This document shows, piece after piece, positions 48,746 through 58,288 of a stretch of DNA of 64,000 nt (positions are counted from its first letter, which is position 1; every line of letters begins with the position of its first letter). Source of the stretch: an uncultured bacterium (lineage in GTDB: Bacteria > Verrucomicrobiota > Verrucomicrobiia > Verrucomicrobiales > DEV007); contig CAXBMO010000004.1 in the NCBI GenBank assembly GCA_963977015.1, positions 64,001 through 128,000 on the forward strand. Reading direction: 5' to 3'. A program made the position numbers and the translations under genes. The notes beneath the pieces were generated by a model, which ran no database searches, had not been told where the DNA came from, and saw nothing but the letters and a program-made list of their open reading frames with translations.

Positions 48746-50638
48746 GTGAACTCCACCAATTCCGTTGTCCATTCTTCCGCAAAACCGATCCGGCCGAACC
48801 CCGCACCCAGCTGCCCTACCGGAGCACTCTCGAGCTCAACGAACCGATCCACCGACAAGCGGCGAAGTCGTTCCACCTCCTCCGTGCCCAAAGCGCTCGG
48901 AGGGCTGGCCCTGGCCGCGCCGACACTGGCGGTTTTGGGGCTGCCATCGACCGGCCGGGCCCAGAGCACGGTGACGGTCGTTCGACAGACCGGCCCGGGA
49001 TCCACCAACGGTTTCGTCAATCTCATTTCGGGGGCTATTGCGGCGAGCGGAAATGCCCGGGTTACGCCCATTTTACCAGCGGGTAGTTCGCTCAGTATTT
49101 TTGCCAGTGCCAAGCTGTTCGGCCCGGCGTCCGTCACCCTTGCCTCCACCTCCAGACGACTGCGGATCGGGACCTACGCAATCTATCTCAGTTCTTCCCA
49201 TCGAAGCTCGCCCTTCAATGTGTCTACTTCTGGCGGTGGGCAAGCCTCTGGAATATTTCGCACTACCCTTGATGGGGACCTTGCCTCTTACAACATCACC
49301 GCCACGGCGAAGATTCTCAACTTCACGTTCACCGCCCCGGGGACGCCCTCGAGCGGAAGCAACGCAGACGGATCAACGACGGTCGTTCCGGCCCGAACCA
49401 ATCAGGGTTCTCCGGCCGTTGTCATCGTTCCTGCGCCTGAGCCTGATCCGGACCCCATCACCATTATCGATGTCGGCGCGCAACTTTCGGCCAAAACCAC
49501 CGGCGAGGCGGTGATCAATACCGTTAACGGAGGCTCGCGGGCGCATTTCCGCGGCTTTTCCAAGAACGTCTCCTCCCATCTCAACGGGTTGACCGGGTTT
49601 GGCGCGCCGGGCAATGACAACGCCTACCATCGGGCCAATCTCCAGCTCAACTCCCGAATCGCCGGGGCGGCACGCCGCTGGGAACGGGCCGCGCGAATGA
49701 CCGCCGGGGTTATTTCCGAGCCGATCAGCGTGGAGACCTTCGTGCCGAAGTGGGAACTCTACACCATGGGCGCCTTCAACCGCCAGGATCAGGACCGGAT
49801 CGGACAGGATCCCGGTTACACGAGCGATGCCTGGACCGGGACGATCGGGATCGAGCGCCGTCTCGGCCGGCGTTTCCTGATCGGCTTCGCCACCACCCTG
49901 GGCCGCAACACGGTCGAATCCGGCGGCAATTCCGGCAGCGCGGACCTCGATGCCATCGTTCTGGATGGCTACGCGCTCTATTCCCGCAAACATTTCTGGA
50001 CGAGTCTGCGCTACGGCTACGGGATGATGGACATCGACGTGACCCGCAACGCCTTCCCCGGAGTGACCCCGCGGGCCGCGACCGACAGCGCCAACAGCGT
50101 GATCAGTTGGGGCGCCGGGCTGAACCTGCCGCTCAACCTCTTCGGCATGGAGTTTCTTCACGGGCCGAATCTGGGCCTGGATTACACCACCGGCAGCATC
50201 GACGGCTACACCGAACGCGGCGGCGGGGCCTTCAACCTGATCGTGAACGAGCACGCCTATGCCAGCCTGCTCAGCGACGTGGGCTGGAGTATCGCCAAGC
50301 AGCATCATTTGGGCAAGCTGGGCCGCGGCTTTCTCCAACTGCGCGCTGGCTGGAATCACGAACATCTCCTGGACGAGAGCAACACCGAATACCAGTTCGA
50401 AACCAGCCCGATTACGACCTTCGATCCGGCGACCGGCAGCGTGACCGAAGGCCCGGCAGTGTTCGGCGCGGGGCACAATCCCACCCCGCAAAACGATTAC
50501 ATGTCCCTCGGCCTGCACCTGATGCAGTTGCTGGGCGAGCAGGAGCGCTGGATCTTGCAGTCGGGGTATCAGACGCAACTCTTCCGGAGCGATTTCACCG
50601 AGCACTACGGTTATTTGCGGCTGGGGCTTCAGTTTTGA
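48746..50638 (+). CDS. Autotransporter with a short Ser/Thr/Gly-rich passenger
   Basis: Signal peptide ending TGRA|Q (48962), ~160-aa passenger, Pro linker VPAPEPDPDP, beta-barrel with IDGYTERG and terminal YLRLGLQF. Start is GTG 48746 or GTG 48884. Confidence 0.88.
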   Translation: MNSTNSVVHSSAKPIRPNPAPSCPTGALSSSTNRSTDKRRSRSTSSVPKALGGLALAAPTLAVLGLPSTGRAQSTVTVVRQTGPGSTNGFVNLISGAIAASGNARVTPILPAGSSLSIFASAKLFGPASVTLASTSRRLRIGTYAIYLSSSHRSSPFNVSTSGGGQASGIFRTTLDGDLASYNITATAKILNFTFTAPGTPSSGSNADGSTTVVPARTNQGSPAVVIVPAPEPDPDPITIIDVGAQLSAKTTGEAVINTVNGGSRAHFRGFSKNVSSHLNGLTGFGAPGNDNAYHRANLQLNSRIAGAARRWERAARMTAGVISEPISVETFVPKWELYTMGAFNRQDQDRIGQDPGYTSDAWTGTIGIERRLGRRFLIGFATTLGRNTVESGGNSGSADLDAIVLDGYALYSRKHFWTSLRYGYGMMDIDVTRNAFPGVTPRAATDSANSVISWGAGLNLPLNLFGMEFLHGPNLGLDYTTGSIDGYTERGGGAFNLIVNEHAYASLLSDVGWSIAKQHHLGKLGRGFLQLRAGWNHEHLLDESNTEYQFETSPITTFDPATGSVTEGPAVFGAGHNPTPQNDYMSLGLHLMQLLGEQERWILQSGYQTQLFRSDFTEHYGYLRLGLQF

Positions 50639-53600
50639 TGGACGCCAAAAAAGTACTTCTCATCGGCTGGGACGCCGCCGATTGGCGAGTGATCCATCCT
50701 CTCGTCGATCAGGGCAAAATGCCCGCAATGGAGCATTTCATCAATCACGGGGTGATTGGGGATCTGGCCACGTTGCAGCCCGTCCTGTCACCGATGCTCT
50801 GGACCTCGATCGCCACCGGTAAGCGCCCCTACAAACACGGCGTTCATGGCTTTACGGAACCCGACCCGGTAACGGGCGGGATTCGCCCCGTTACCAATTT
50901 ATCGCGCAACACCAAAGCGATTTGGAACATCCTGAACCAGCAGGGTCTGAAATCGAACGTGGTCGGCTGGTGGCCTTCGAATCCGGCAGAGCCCATCAAC
51001 GGCGTGATGGTGAGCAACGATTATCAACGCGCAGGTGCCAACACGACGGCGGACAATTGGCCGATGAAACCGGGCACGGTGCATCCAGAGCGCCTGGAGG
51101 AGACCTTGAAAGCTCTCCGTCGCCATCCCACAACCCTAAGCAACGGCGATATCGCGTTCTTCCTGCCGGAGGTGTTGCAGCTAAGCAAAAAGGAAGTGGA
51201 GAAGGTCAACGACGATCCGCGCCTGCAATCACTCTGCAGCATTATTGGCGATACCTTCACCATTCACGAAGCGGCGCAGCATCTCTTCGACCACGAGCCG
51301 TGGGATTTCATGGCGGTTTACTATGACGCGATCGATCACTTCGGTCACGGGTTCATGAAATACCATCCACCGAAGCGGCCCTGGATCAGCGACGAGGATT
51401 TTCGGTTGTATCAACACGTGATTGAAGCGGGCTACCGGCTGCATGACAACATCCTGGGCATGTTCCTGGAGAAGATTGACCCGGTCAATACGACGGTCCT
51501 GTTGATTTCCGATCACGGCTTTCACCCGGATCACCTGCGGCCCTGGACCCTGCCCAAGGAACCGGCCGGACCGGCGGCGGAACATCGCGATTTCGGAATC
51601 TTCGGGGCTTACGGACCAGGCTTGAAGCAGGACGCCTTGATTTCCGGCGCCAGCCTGCTGGATGTTTGCCCAACAATTCTCAACTTGTTCGATCTGCCGG
51701 TGGGCGAAGACATGGACGGCAGACCCCTGACCGAACTCCACAGCGTTGAACCCGAGGTGAGGTGGATTCCGAGTTGGGATGAAGTGCATGAGGGCAACCC
51801 GGGAACACATTCGCCGGACAAGCAAATCGCGCCCACCGACTCAAAGGCCTCGATCGATCAATTGGTGGCGCTGGGCTACATCGAAAAGCCGGCGGAGGAT
51901 ATGGCCCAGGCGATTGAGGAAACGGTGCGCGAGCTGAACTACAACCTGGCTGGAGCCCACATCGACGGAGGGAATTATCGCGAAGCGGCGGATCTGCTTC
52001 AGGGTTTGTATGAGCGCTGGCCGGAGGAGCACCGGTTCGGGATCAAGCTGGCGACGTGTTACCGGGCGCTGCGCAAGCTGGATGAGTTGGGCGAACTGAT
52101 CGAAGGGCTGCTGCAGCGCCGGATCGAGGAAGCGGAGACGGCGAAGGAGGGGTTGCAGAGGTTGCGGCGGAAAATGCTGTTGGATCGGTATCGATTGGTG
52201 CGGCGGAAGCTATTTTCAGGAAACCGTCGGGAGGCAAAACTGAACCGGCGGCGTCTTGGACGCAGAAAAATGGTGCGGGGGCCGTTCGTGGAACTGCGGG
52301 TGCAGCGTCGTCAGCAGATGCAGCGCAAGGTTGCGATGAAACAACGCAGGCGACAGGGGGAACTCCGTGAATTGAACGCCCGGGCCTTTCCGAATCTGTT
52401 CAGTCTGCAGCACCTCGCGGCTTGGGCGGACCTCGCCAATCGCAAACCCAGGGAAGCGTTGGAGAAGCTGCGCGAGGCGGATGAGGAGCACGCGCACCGC
52501 CCTGAGTTGCACAACTTGCGCGGCCAAATTTATCTGGGACTGGGCGATACGGAATCCGCGCGCGAAAGTTTTGCCGAAGCCGATAAGCACGACCCGGGCA
52601 ACCCGCAGGCCAAGATGGGTTTGTGCCGATGTGCGTTGCGCGAGAAGATCCACGACGCCGCCATCGAGCATGCCCTCGCATCCCTCGCCAAGAACTACGA
52701 TCAACCCTGGGGGCACCAACTTCTTGGCCTAGCCTATTTCCGTTCCGGACGATACGACGAAGCTGAGCAGGCCTTCCTCACCGCCGCGAGCCAGAGCACT
52801 TGTTTTCCAGCGCCCTGGCGAATGCTCTCCCAGCTCTATAAATTTGTGCGGAAAGACATTGCCCGAGCGGCGGAATTTCATCGCGAAGCCCTCAAGGCGC
52901 GAGCGGAGATTCGCGACTATCTGGAGGCGAAATTTGGCGCCAACGCGGAAGGTGGCAAGGATTTGCAATCCGTCTCTCAAAGCGGGGGCTCTGAAAGCGG
53001 ATTGCAAATCCACTCCACGCCCCCGCGCACCACGTTCACGACCGATGTTTCGGTGCTGGATGGCGTCCCGGATTCGGAGATGATCACGATCGTGAGCGGT
53101 CTGCCGCGTTCGGGAACCTCGATGCTCATGCAGATGCTCGATGCCGGCGGAATTCCCGCGTTGACCGATGCGAGGCGCAAGGCCGACGAATCCAACCCAC
53201 GGGGCTATTACGAGTACGAACCGGCCACTCAACTGCAGCGCAACAGGAACTGGGTGCCGGAGGCGAAAGGCAAAGCGGTCAAGGTCGTCGCGCAGTTGTT
53301 GCCGTTCCTGCCGTCGACGGATGAGAATGGTGAAAAGCTGCACTACCGCGTTCTCTTTCTCGATCGGGATTTGAACGAGATTCTGGCTTCACAACACAAA
53401 ATGCTGGAGCGGGAGCAACGGCTCGACCACGGAGGACAGGGAGATCTGGCAAGCGCCTTCCGGCATCAGCTGGCGAAGGTGCGGGAGGTTTTGAACGAAC
53501 GCGAGATTCCGGCTTTGGAGGTGCAGTACGCAGCCACCGTTTCCAATCCGGCCGAGGCGGCGTCAATCCTAAACCGGTTCCTTGGGAATGAGCTCAACAA

Positions 53601-53685
53601 GGTCGCCATGGAAGAGACCGTCGACCGGAACCTCTATCGCAACGTGATGGCTCCATGCTCCGGAACCATTGGGGTCAATCTGTAG
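50638..53685 (+). CDS. Fusion: AlkP-superfamily (NPP-like) domain + TPR region + PAPS-dependent sulfotransferase, 1015 aa
   Basis: ATG overlaps the autotransporter TGA. IGWDAAD, SPMLWTSIATG, D..GH, SDHGF, LVALGY; TPR-like helices; SGLPRSGTS 5'-PSB loop, NPRGYYE. No signal peptide. Confidence 0.9.
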   Translation: MDAKKVLLIGWDAADWRVIHPLVDQGKMPAMEHFINHGVIGDLATLQPVLSPMLWTSIATGKRPYKHGVHGFTEPDPVTGGIRPVTNLSRNTKAIWNILNQQGLKSNVVGWWPSNPAEPINGVMVSNDYQRAGANTTADNWPMKPGTVHPERLEETLKALRRHPTTLSNGDIAFFLPEVLQLSKKEVEKVNDDPRLQSLCSIIGDTFTIHEAAQHLFDHEPWDFMAVYYDAIDHFGHGFMKYHPPKRPWISDEDFRLYQHVIEAGYRLHDNILGMFLEKIDPVNTTVLLISDHGFHPDHLRPWTLPKEPAGPAAEHRDFGIFGAYGPGLKQDALISGASLLDVCPTILNLFDLPVGEDMDGRPLTELHSVEPEVRWIPSWDEVHEGNPGTHSPDKQIAPTDSKASIDQLVALGYIEKPAEDMAQAIEETVRELNYNLAGAHIDGGNYREAADLLQGLYERWPEEHRFGIKLATCYRALRKLDELGELIEGLLQRRIEEAETAKEGLQRLRRKMLLDRYRLVRRKLFSGNRREAKLNRRRLGRRKMVRGPFVELRVQRRQQMQRKVAMKQRRRQGELRELNARAFPNLFSLQHLAAWADLANRKPREALEKLREADEEHAHRPELHNLRGQIYLGLGDTESARESFAEADKHDPGNPQAKMGLCRCALREKIHDAAIEHALASLAKNYDQPWGHQLLGLAYFRSGRYDEAEQAFLTAASQSTCFPAPWRMLSQLYKFVRKDIARAAEFHREALKARAEIRDYLEAKFGANAEGGKDLQSVSQSGGSESGLQIHSTPPRTTFTTDVSVLDGVPDSEMITIVSGLPRSGTSMLMQMLDAGGIPALTDARRKADESNPRGYYEYEPATQLQRNRNWVPEAKGKAVKVVAQLLPFLPSTDENGEKLHYRVLFLDRDLNEILASQHKMLEREQRLDHGGQGDLASAFRHQLAKVREVLNEREIPALEVQYAATVSNPAEAASILNRFLGNELNKVAMEETVDRNLYRNVMAPCSGTIGVNL

Positions 53686-53712
53686 CCAATGAAAACCTCA
53701 GATCGCCATGCC

Positions 53713-55116
53713 TCATCGGTGGTATCCGAAGTAGCCGCGTTCCTTGATGACGCTGGCGACTTCGGGCGGAACCATCGACTCCCATGAGGAATCATTCTTC
53801 GCAATCTTCGCGAGAACATCCCGGGAGAAGACCTGTAGACAGCTGTCGTCGTGGTCGTGCAGTTGTTCGATGCAGCCGCGATCGATGAGGTAGCCGTACA
53901 ACTTCTGCAGATCTTCGGCAATCTCCAGATTATCAATGGTGACGAGTTCGCCGTTCGCACTGTCTTTCAGCGGATAGATGTAAAGCTTGAGGTCGCCCTT
54001 AAACAAGCGGCCGAACGATTCGAGAATCCCACCTTCGAGTTCGGTATAGTATTTTTCGTCGAACAGTTCGCGAAGGCTGCCGATTCCCATCGTGATTCCG
54101 ATCTTTTTCTTGGTATAACGACTGAGATAGGCAGCGAGCCTGTAATATTGAAAGTAGTCGGAGATCAGGACGGTCATTCCGGCAGCAACCAACATGTCCG
54201 CGCGAGCCAGGAAATCACGGTAATCAATCTTCCCGCTCGCCATCAGGTTCTTCATGGTGATCTCCATGATCTGGATCGCAGAATCCTCCTCGACGCCCGG
54301 CTCCTGAAGAAACCGTTCGTAAGCGCAGCGCATGATGTCGATGTTCGCGTTGCAGACTGGGCGGAAACTGCCTCGCTCAACCAGAACGGACTTTTTGCGG
54401 AGCGCTTCCGACGGTTGCAGCACTTCTCCATTCGCGCCGAACATCGCCGCATTGGTCAGCCCCAACTGCACAAGGTGGAGACTCATCAGCCGGTTGTCGA
54501 CGTGCCGGAACTCGATCCCGTTGAACTCGATCATATCGACCTCGAGCCGGGCCGTGGTCAGGTTGTCGAGCAGCGACTCAATCAGCCGATCCGGGCTATG
54601 GTGCAACATGCAGGCCCCGTAGACCAGGTTGACGCCAACAATCCCAAGCGCCTCTTGCTGAAGCGCGTTGGTCTTATCCAGCATCCGAACATGAATGATA
54701 ATCTGGCTGCTTTCATCACGAGGATGCGCTTGAAAACGGACTCCGAGCCAGCCGTGGCACTCATTGGTGCCGTGATAGTTGCGAGCTGAAACCGTATCCG
54801 CAAACGAGAAGAAGGCCGTGGTATCTCCGCGTTCCTTGCGAAGGCGCTCCATGTTCAGGCTCTGCTCGTATTCGAGCATGCTTTCCAGCCGAGCCCGGCA
54901 GACATAACGATCGCACTTCCCGTAGATGGCATCGCTGACCTTCATGTCGTAGGCCGAAATGCTCTTGGCAATGGTGCCGGCGGCGCCTCCGGCATGGAAG
55001 AACCAACGAACGACTTCCTGTCCGGCCCCGATTTCAGCAAAGGTCCCATAACGCCTGGGATCCAGGTTCACCTGCAAGGCTTTATCCCGAGTTGAAAGCT
55101 TCTGAGTCTCGGCCAT
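53713..55116 (-). CDS. Conserved protein with nucleotidyltransferase (NMNAT-like) C-terminal fold
   Basis: YGTFAEIGAGQEV...AGTIAKSISAYD N-terminus; RGSFRPV and W..MVP.EV...I at the C-terminus. Confidence 0.7.
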   Translation of the reverse strand: MAETQKLSTRDKALQVNLDPRRYGTFAEIGAGQEVVRWFFHAGGAAGTIAKSISAYDMKVSDAIYGKCDRYVCRARLESMLEYEQSLNMERLRKERGDTTAFFSFADTVSARNYHGTNECHGWLGVRFQAHPRDESSQIIIHVRMLDKTNALQQEALGIVGVNLVYGACMLHHSPDRLIESLLDNLTTARLEVDMIEFNGIEFRHVDNRLMSLHLVQLGLTNAAMFGANGEVLQPSEALRKKSVLVERGSFRPVCNANIDIMRCAYERFLQEPGVEEDSAIQIMEITMKNLMASGKIDYRDFLARADMLVAAGMTVLISDYFQYYRLAAYLSRYTKKKIGITMGIGSLRELFDEKYYTELEGGILESFGRLFKGDLKLYIYPLKDSANGELVTIDNLEIAEDLQKLYGYLIDRGCIEQLHDHDDSCLQVFSRDVLAKIAKNDSSWESMVPPEVASVIKERGYFGYHR

Positions 55117-55140
55117 TGGAAAGGATTATCGTTAGGGAGA

Positions 55141-55182
55141 AACAAAAACCGGCGTGAGCGCCACAGCTGGCACTCACGCCGG
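55141..55182 (-). terminator. Rho-independent terminator after the GSIII gene
   Basis: CCGGCGTGAG (55149-58) / CTCACGCCGG (55173-82) stem, followed on the minus strand by TTTTTGTT. Confidence 0.8.
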
Positions 55183-55200
55183 AAAACACGCGGCTAATAC

Positions 55201-57354
55201 TTACTTAATGAAAAGCATTTCCTGATAGGTCGGAAGCGGCCAGAGATCGTCGGCAACGATGCCTTCAAGCTCATCCGCAATTCCTCGAACCTTCAGCATT
55301 GCTGGCAAAACTCCATGCGCCCAATCATTGATGGAGCTGGCAGATTTGTGAGCTTTCTCCAGTGCGGCGATCGAAGACTCCAAACTCGCCACTTTTCCGG
55401 CGAGGGTCTTGATGGAAGTCGTCTCAGGCTTCACACCGGCAGCTTTGGTCTTCGTCGCGGTGTCAGCCAATTCGCCGAGATAACGGACGGCGGCAGGAAG
55501 AATCATGGTCTTGGCCATTTCAGTCACCAGGTTGGCTTCGACGTTCACCACCGCCTCGTACTGCTCGATGTAGATCTCTTCGCGGCTGTGAAGCTCGCGG
55601 GAGGTGAGCACTTCGTATTTCTCGAAGAGTTCGATCGTCTTGGGATCCACAATCTGAGGAAGCGCCTCAGCTGAAGTCTTGAGGTTCGGCAATCCGCGCT
55701 CGGCGGCTTCTTTGTGCCACTCTTCAGAGTAACCGTCGCCATTGAAGATAATGTTGCCATGCTCATCGATGATTTCCTTCAGAAGCGTTTGGATCTCTGA
55801 ATTCAAATCCGCAGCACCTTCCAATCGTGATGCCATGTAGTCGAGAGACTCACAAACGATGGTGTTCATCGCAACCAACGCACCTGAAATCGACATGTTG
55901 GAACCGACTGCGCGGAACTCAAAGCGGTTTCCGGTAAAGGCGAACGGGCTGGTCCGGTTCCGGTCACCCGCGTCTTTCGGAAGTTCAGGCAAGGAATCAA
56001 CGCCAATGTTGAGAACGCCCTTCGACTTGGAAGTCGTCGCGCCACCGCCTTTGATTTGATCAAAAACGTCGCCGAGTTGGTCACCGAGGAAGATCGAAAT
56101 AATCGCCGGAGGAGCTTCGTTGGCACCCAAGCGGTGATCGTTTCCAGCGGAAGCAACCACAGCGCGCAAGAGTTTCGAATGCATGCTGACCGCGCGGATC
56201 ACGGCACCACAGAAGACGAGGAATTGCGCATTCTCGTGAGGCGTATCACCGGGATCAAGCAGATTGCCCTGGGTTGAGTTGCCGAGTGACCAGTTCACAT
56301 GCTTACCGGATCCGTTAAGACCCGCAAATGGCTTCTCGTGCATGATACAAGCCATTCCGTGACGATCGGCAACCTTCTTGAGAATGGTCATCACCAATTG
56401 CTGGTGATCAGAAGCGACGTTTGCACTTTCGAAAACCGGAGCGATCTCAAACTGGCCGGGAGCAACCTCGTTGTGACGAGTCTTGGACGGAATGCCCAAT
56501 TTGAAGAGTTCGCGATCAACCTCATACATGAAGGACATCACGCGATCAGGAATCACGCCAAAGTAGTGGTCGTCGAATTCCTGGCCTTTCGGGGAAGCAG
56601 CTCCAAAAAGAGTTCTTCCTGAACTGAGGAGATCAGGACGGGCGTAGAAGAAGGCCTTGTCGATCAGGAAGTATTCCTGCTCTGGTCCCGCGCTCGATGA
56701 AACTCGGGAAATGGTTTCGTGCCCAAAAATCTTCAGAATACGGCGGGCTTGTTTGTCCACCGCCTGCATCGATTTGAGAACGGGCGTCTTCTTATCGAGA
56801 GCTTCTCCGGTCCAGGAAACAAACGATGTGGGAATGCACAACGTGGTTCCGTAAGGATTCTCCATGATGTAGGCAGGGCTCGTTGGATCCCATGCGGTAT
56901 ATCCACGAGCGGTGTGCGTGGCGCGGATCCCACCATTCGGGAAGGATGACGCATCGGGCTCACCTTGGATCAGGGTCTTCCCCTTGAACTTGGAAATCGC
57001 GGATGCACCGTCTTTGCCGGGATCGTAGAAACTATCGTGTTTCTCGGCCGTGTATCCAGTCAACGGATAGAAGACGTGGGTAAAGTGGGTCGCTCCGCGT
57101 GACAGGGCCCACTGTCTCATTGCTTCCGCCACCTCATCGGCCACCGAACTATCGAGTTTCGTACCACTCTCGATGGTACTCATCAGGCTTTCGTAAGTGG
57201 CAGGACTTAGCACTTGCTTCATCAAGGCCAGACTAAAGGTATTGGACCCAAACAACTCCGCAGACGGTGATGTTTCGAATTGATACGATTCTGGAGTAGG
57301 GTCTGCGTTGATGATTTTCGAGATTGCTTCGAGCCTTGGCGAGCTTGCTTTCAT
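55201..57354 (-). CDS. glnA: Glutamine synthetase type III
   Basis: [72 protein letters not shown]; ~717 aa. Confidence 0.96.
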   Translation of the reverse strand: MKASSPRLEAISKIINADPTPESYQFETSPSAELFGSNTFSLALMKQVLSPATYESLMSTIESGTKLDSSVADEVAEAMRQWALSRGATHFTHVFYPLTGYTAEKHDSFYDPGKDGASAISKFKGKTLIQGEPDASSFPNGGIRATHTARGYTAWDPTSPAYIMENPYGTTLCIPTSFVSWTGEALDKKTPVLKSMQAVDKQARRILKIFGHETISRVSSSAGPEQEYFLIDKAFFYARPDLLSSGRTLFGAASPKGQEFDDHYFGVIPDRVMSFMYEVDRELFKLGIPSKTRHNEVAPGQFEIAPVFESANVASDHQQLVMTILKKVADRHGMACIMHEKPFAGLNGSGKHVNWSLGNSTQGNLLDPGDTPHENAQFLVFCGAVIRAVSMHSKLLRAVVASAGNDHRLGANEAPPAIISIFLGDQLGDVFDQIKGGGATTSKSKGVLNIGVDSLPELPKDAGDRNRTSPFAFTGNRFEFRAVGSNMSISGALVAMNTIVCESLDYMASRLEGAADLNSEIQTLLKEIIDEHGNIIFNGDGYSEEWHKEAAERGLPNLKTSAEALPQIVDPKTIELFEKYEVLTSRELHSREEIYIEQYEAVVNVEANLVTEMAKTMILPAAVRYLGELADTATKTKAAGVKPETTSIKTLAGKVASLESSIAALEKAHKSASSINDWAHGVLPAMLKVRGIADELEGIVADDLWPLPTYQEMLFIK

Positions 57355-57398
57355 AGATTCAGTGATAGAGGTGTTTGATATTGTGGAATCCAGCAATA

Positions 57399-57415
57399 AG
57401 CATTTCTTAGGCCAA
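57399..57415 (-). promoter_or_regulatory. Sigma54-type (-24/-12) promoter upstream of GSIII
   Basis: Minus strand TTGG-CCTAAGAAAT-GCT: GG and GC exactly 10 nt apart, 45 bp before the ATG. Confidence 0.65.
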
Positions 57416-57475
57416 CCTGCTTGAAAAATTGAAAAAAATTCGTTTAACCAACTTCAACCCAACCATTCTCTCTTC

Positions 57476-58288
57476 GTGATTGTTTCTCTATCTCCCTTTC
57501 ACAAAGCCGAAATCGATGCCGATCTGATTCCCTTCTTCGAAGATCCGCCCACCCGCGATCTCGTGATCCGAACCGTTTCGCGCAAGCTCGCCAACGATCA
57601 GCCCCTGATCCAAGGGGATATGGTGCTGGCCGGACAAGAGACGAGAGACAAGCATCCGATGGCTCGGGAATATCCGGTTCATTTTCGTAAAACCTACTAC
57701 CCCACCGCATTCCACCCGCCACCGGAACGCGAATACCGCCACCACGAGAATGCGGCGAAAATCCTCGAACTACCACCTCCGATCGGATTTTCGCGCAATA
57801 GCTTTCGCAGTTGCTTCATCCCGGGCAAGCCGCTTTCGATTCTCACCTCGTTAGGCGTGGAACCCGTCGAACGAAACATCTCTCTGGCTCGCGAACTCGA
57901 ATCCACCTATCTGATCGGCCTCTGGCATATGCTGGAGTCCGTATTTGAGGAAGTCCAACTCCTCCATCAAGCGGGGATGGCTCACGGTGATCTTTTTCTG
58001 CACAACGTCATCGTCTCCCTCTCACCCATCAAAGTCTTTCTGATCGATTTTGAACAGTGCGTGGAAATGAACAGTTTGCCGGCGAACAAAACGTGGGATC
58101 AAGTCTGCAAGGCGGACGAAGACGAGATTCTGAAGCAAGCCGTCTTTGTTCAGTGCGCGTTAGGCGAACAGAGCGGCAAGCTCGCGAAACGAAGCCGGGA
58201 ACGCCTCCCGGACCTCTTCGAATCACAAGCGGAGAAGTTCGAAAAAGCAATGAAGCTCGCCGCTACTTCGCAAACACCGGCGCGGTAG
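57476..58288 (+). CDS. Atypical protein-kinase-like (phosphotransferase) protein
   Basis: FRKTY, REY, HGDLFLHNV, IDFE; GTG start; 26-bp convergent overlap with the fdh gene. Confidence 0.75.
   Translation: MIVSLSPFHKAEIDADLIPFFEDPPTRDLVIRTVSRKLANDQPLIQGDMVLAGQETRDKHPMAREYPVHFRKTYYPTAFHPPPEREYRHHENAAKILELPPPIGFSRNSFRSCFIPGKPLSILTSLGVEPVERNISLARELESTYLIGLWHMLESVFEEVQLLHQAGMAHGDLFLHNVIVSLSPIKVFLIDFEQCVEMNSLPANKTWDQVCKADEDEILKQAVFVQCALGEQSGKLAKRSRERLPDLFESQAEKFEKAMKLAATSQTPAR

Noticed and set aside
49750-50637. N-terminal 296 aa of the 1311-aa ORF in the track
   Set aside because: Out-of-frame overlap with the autotransporter barrel and low-complexity Arg-rich translation; the real start is ATG 50638 (MDAKKVLLIGWD).
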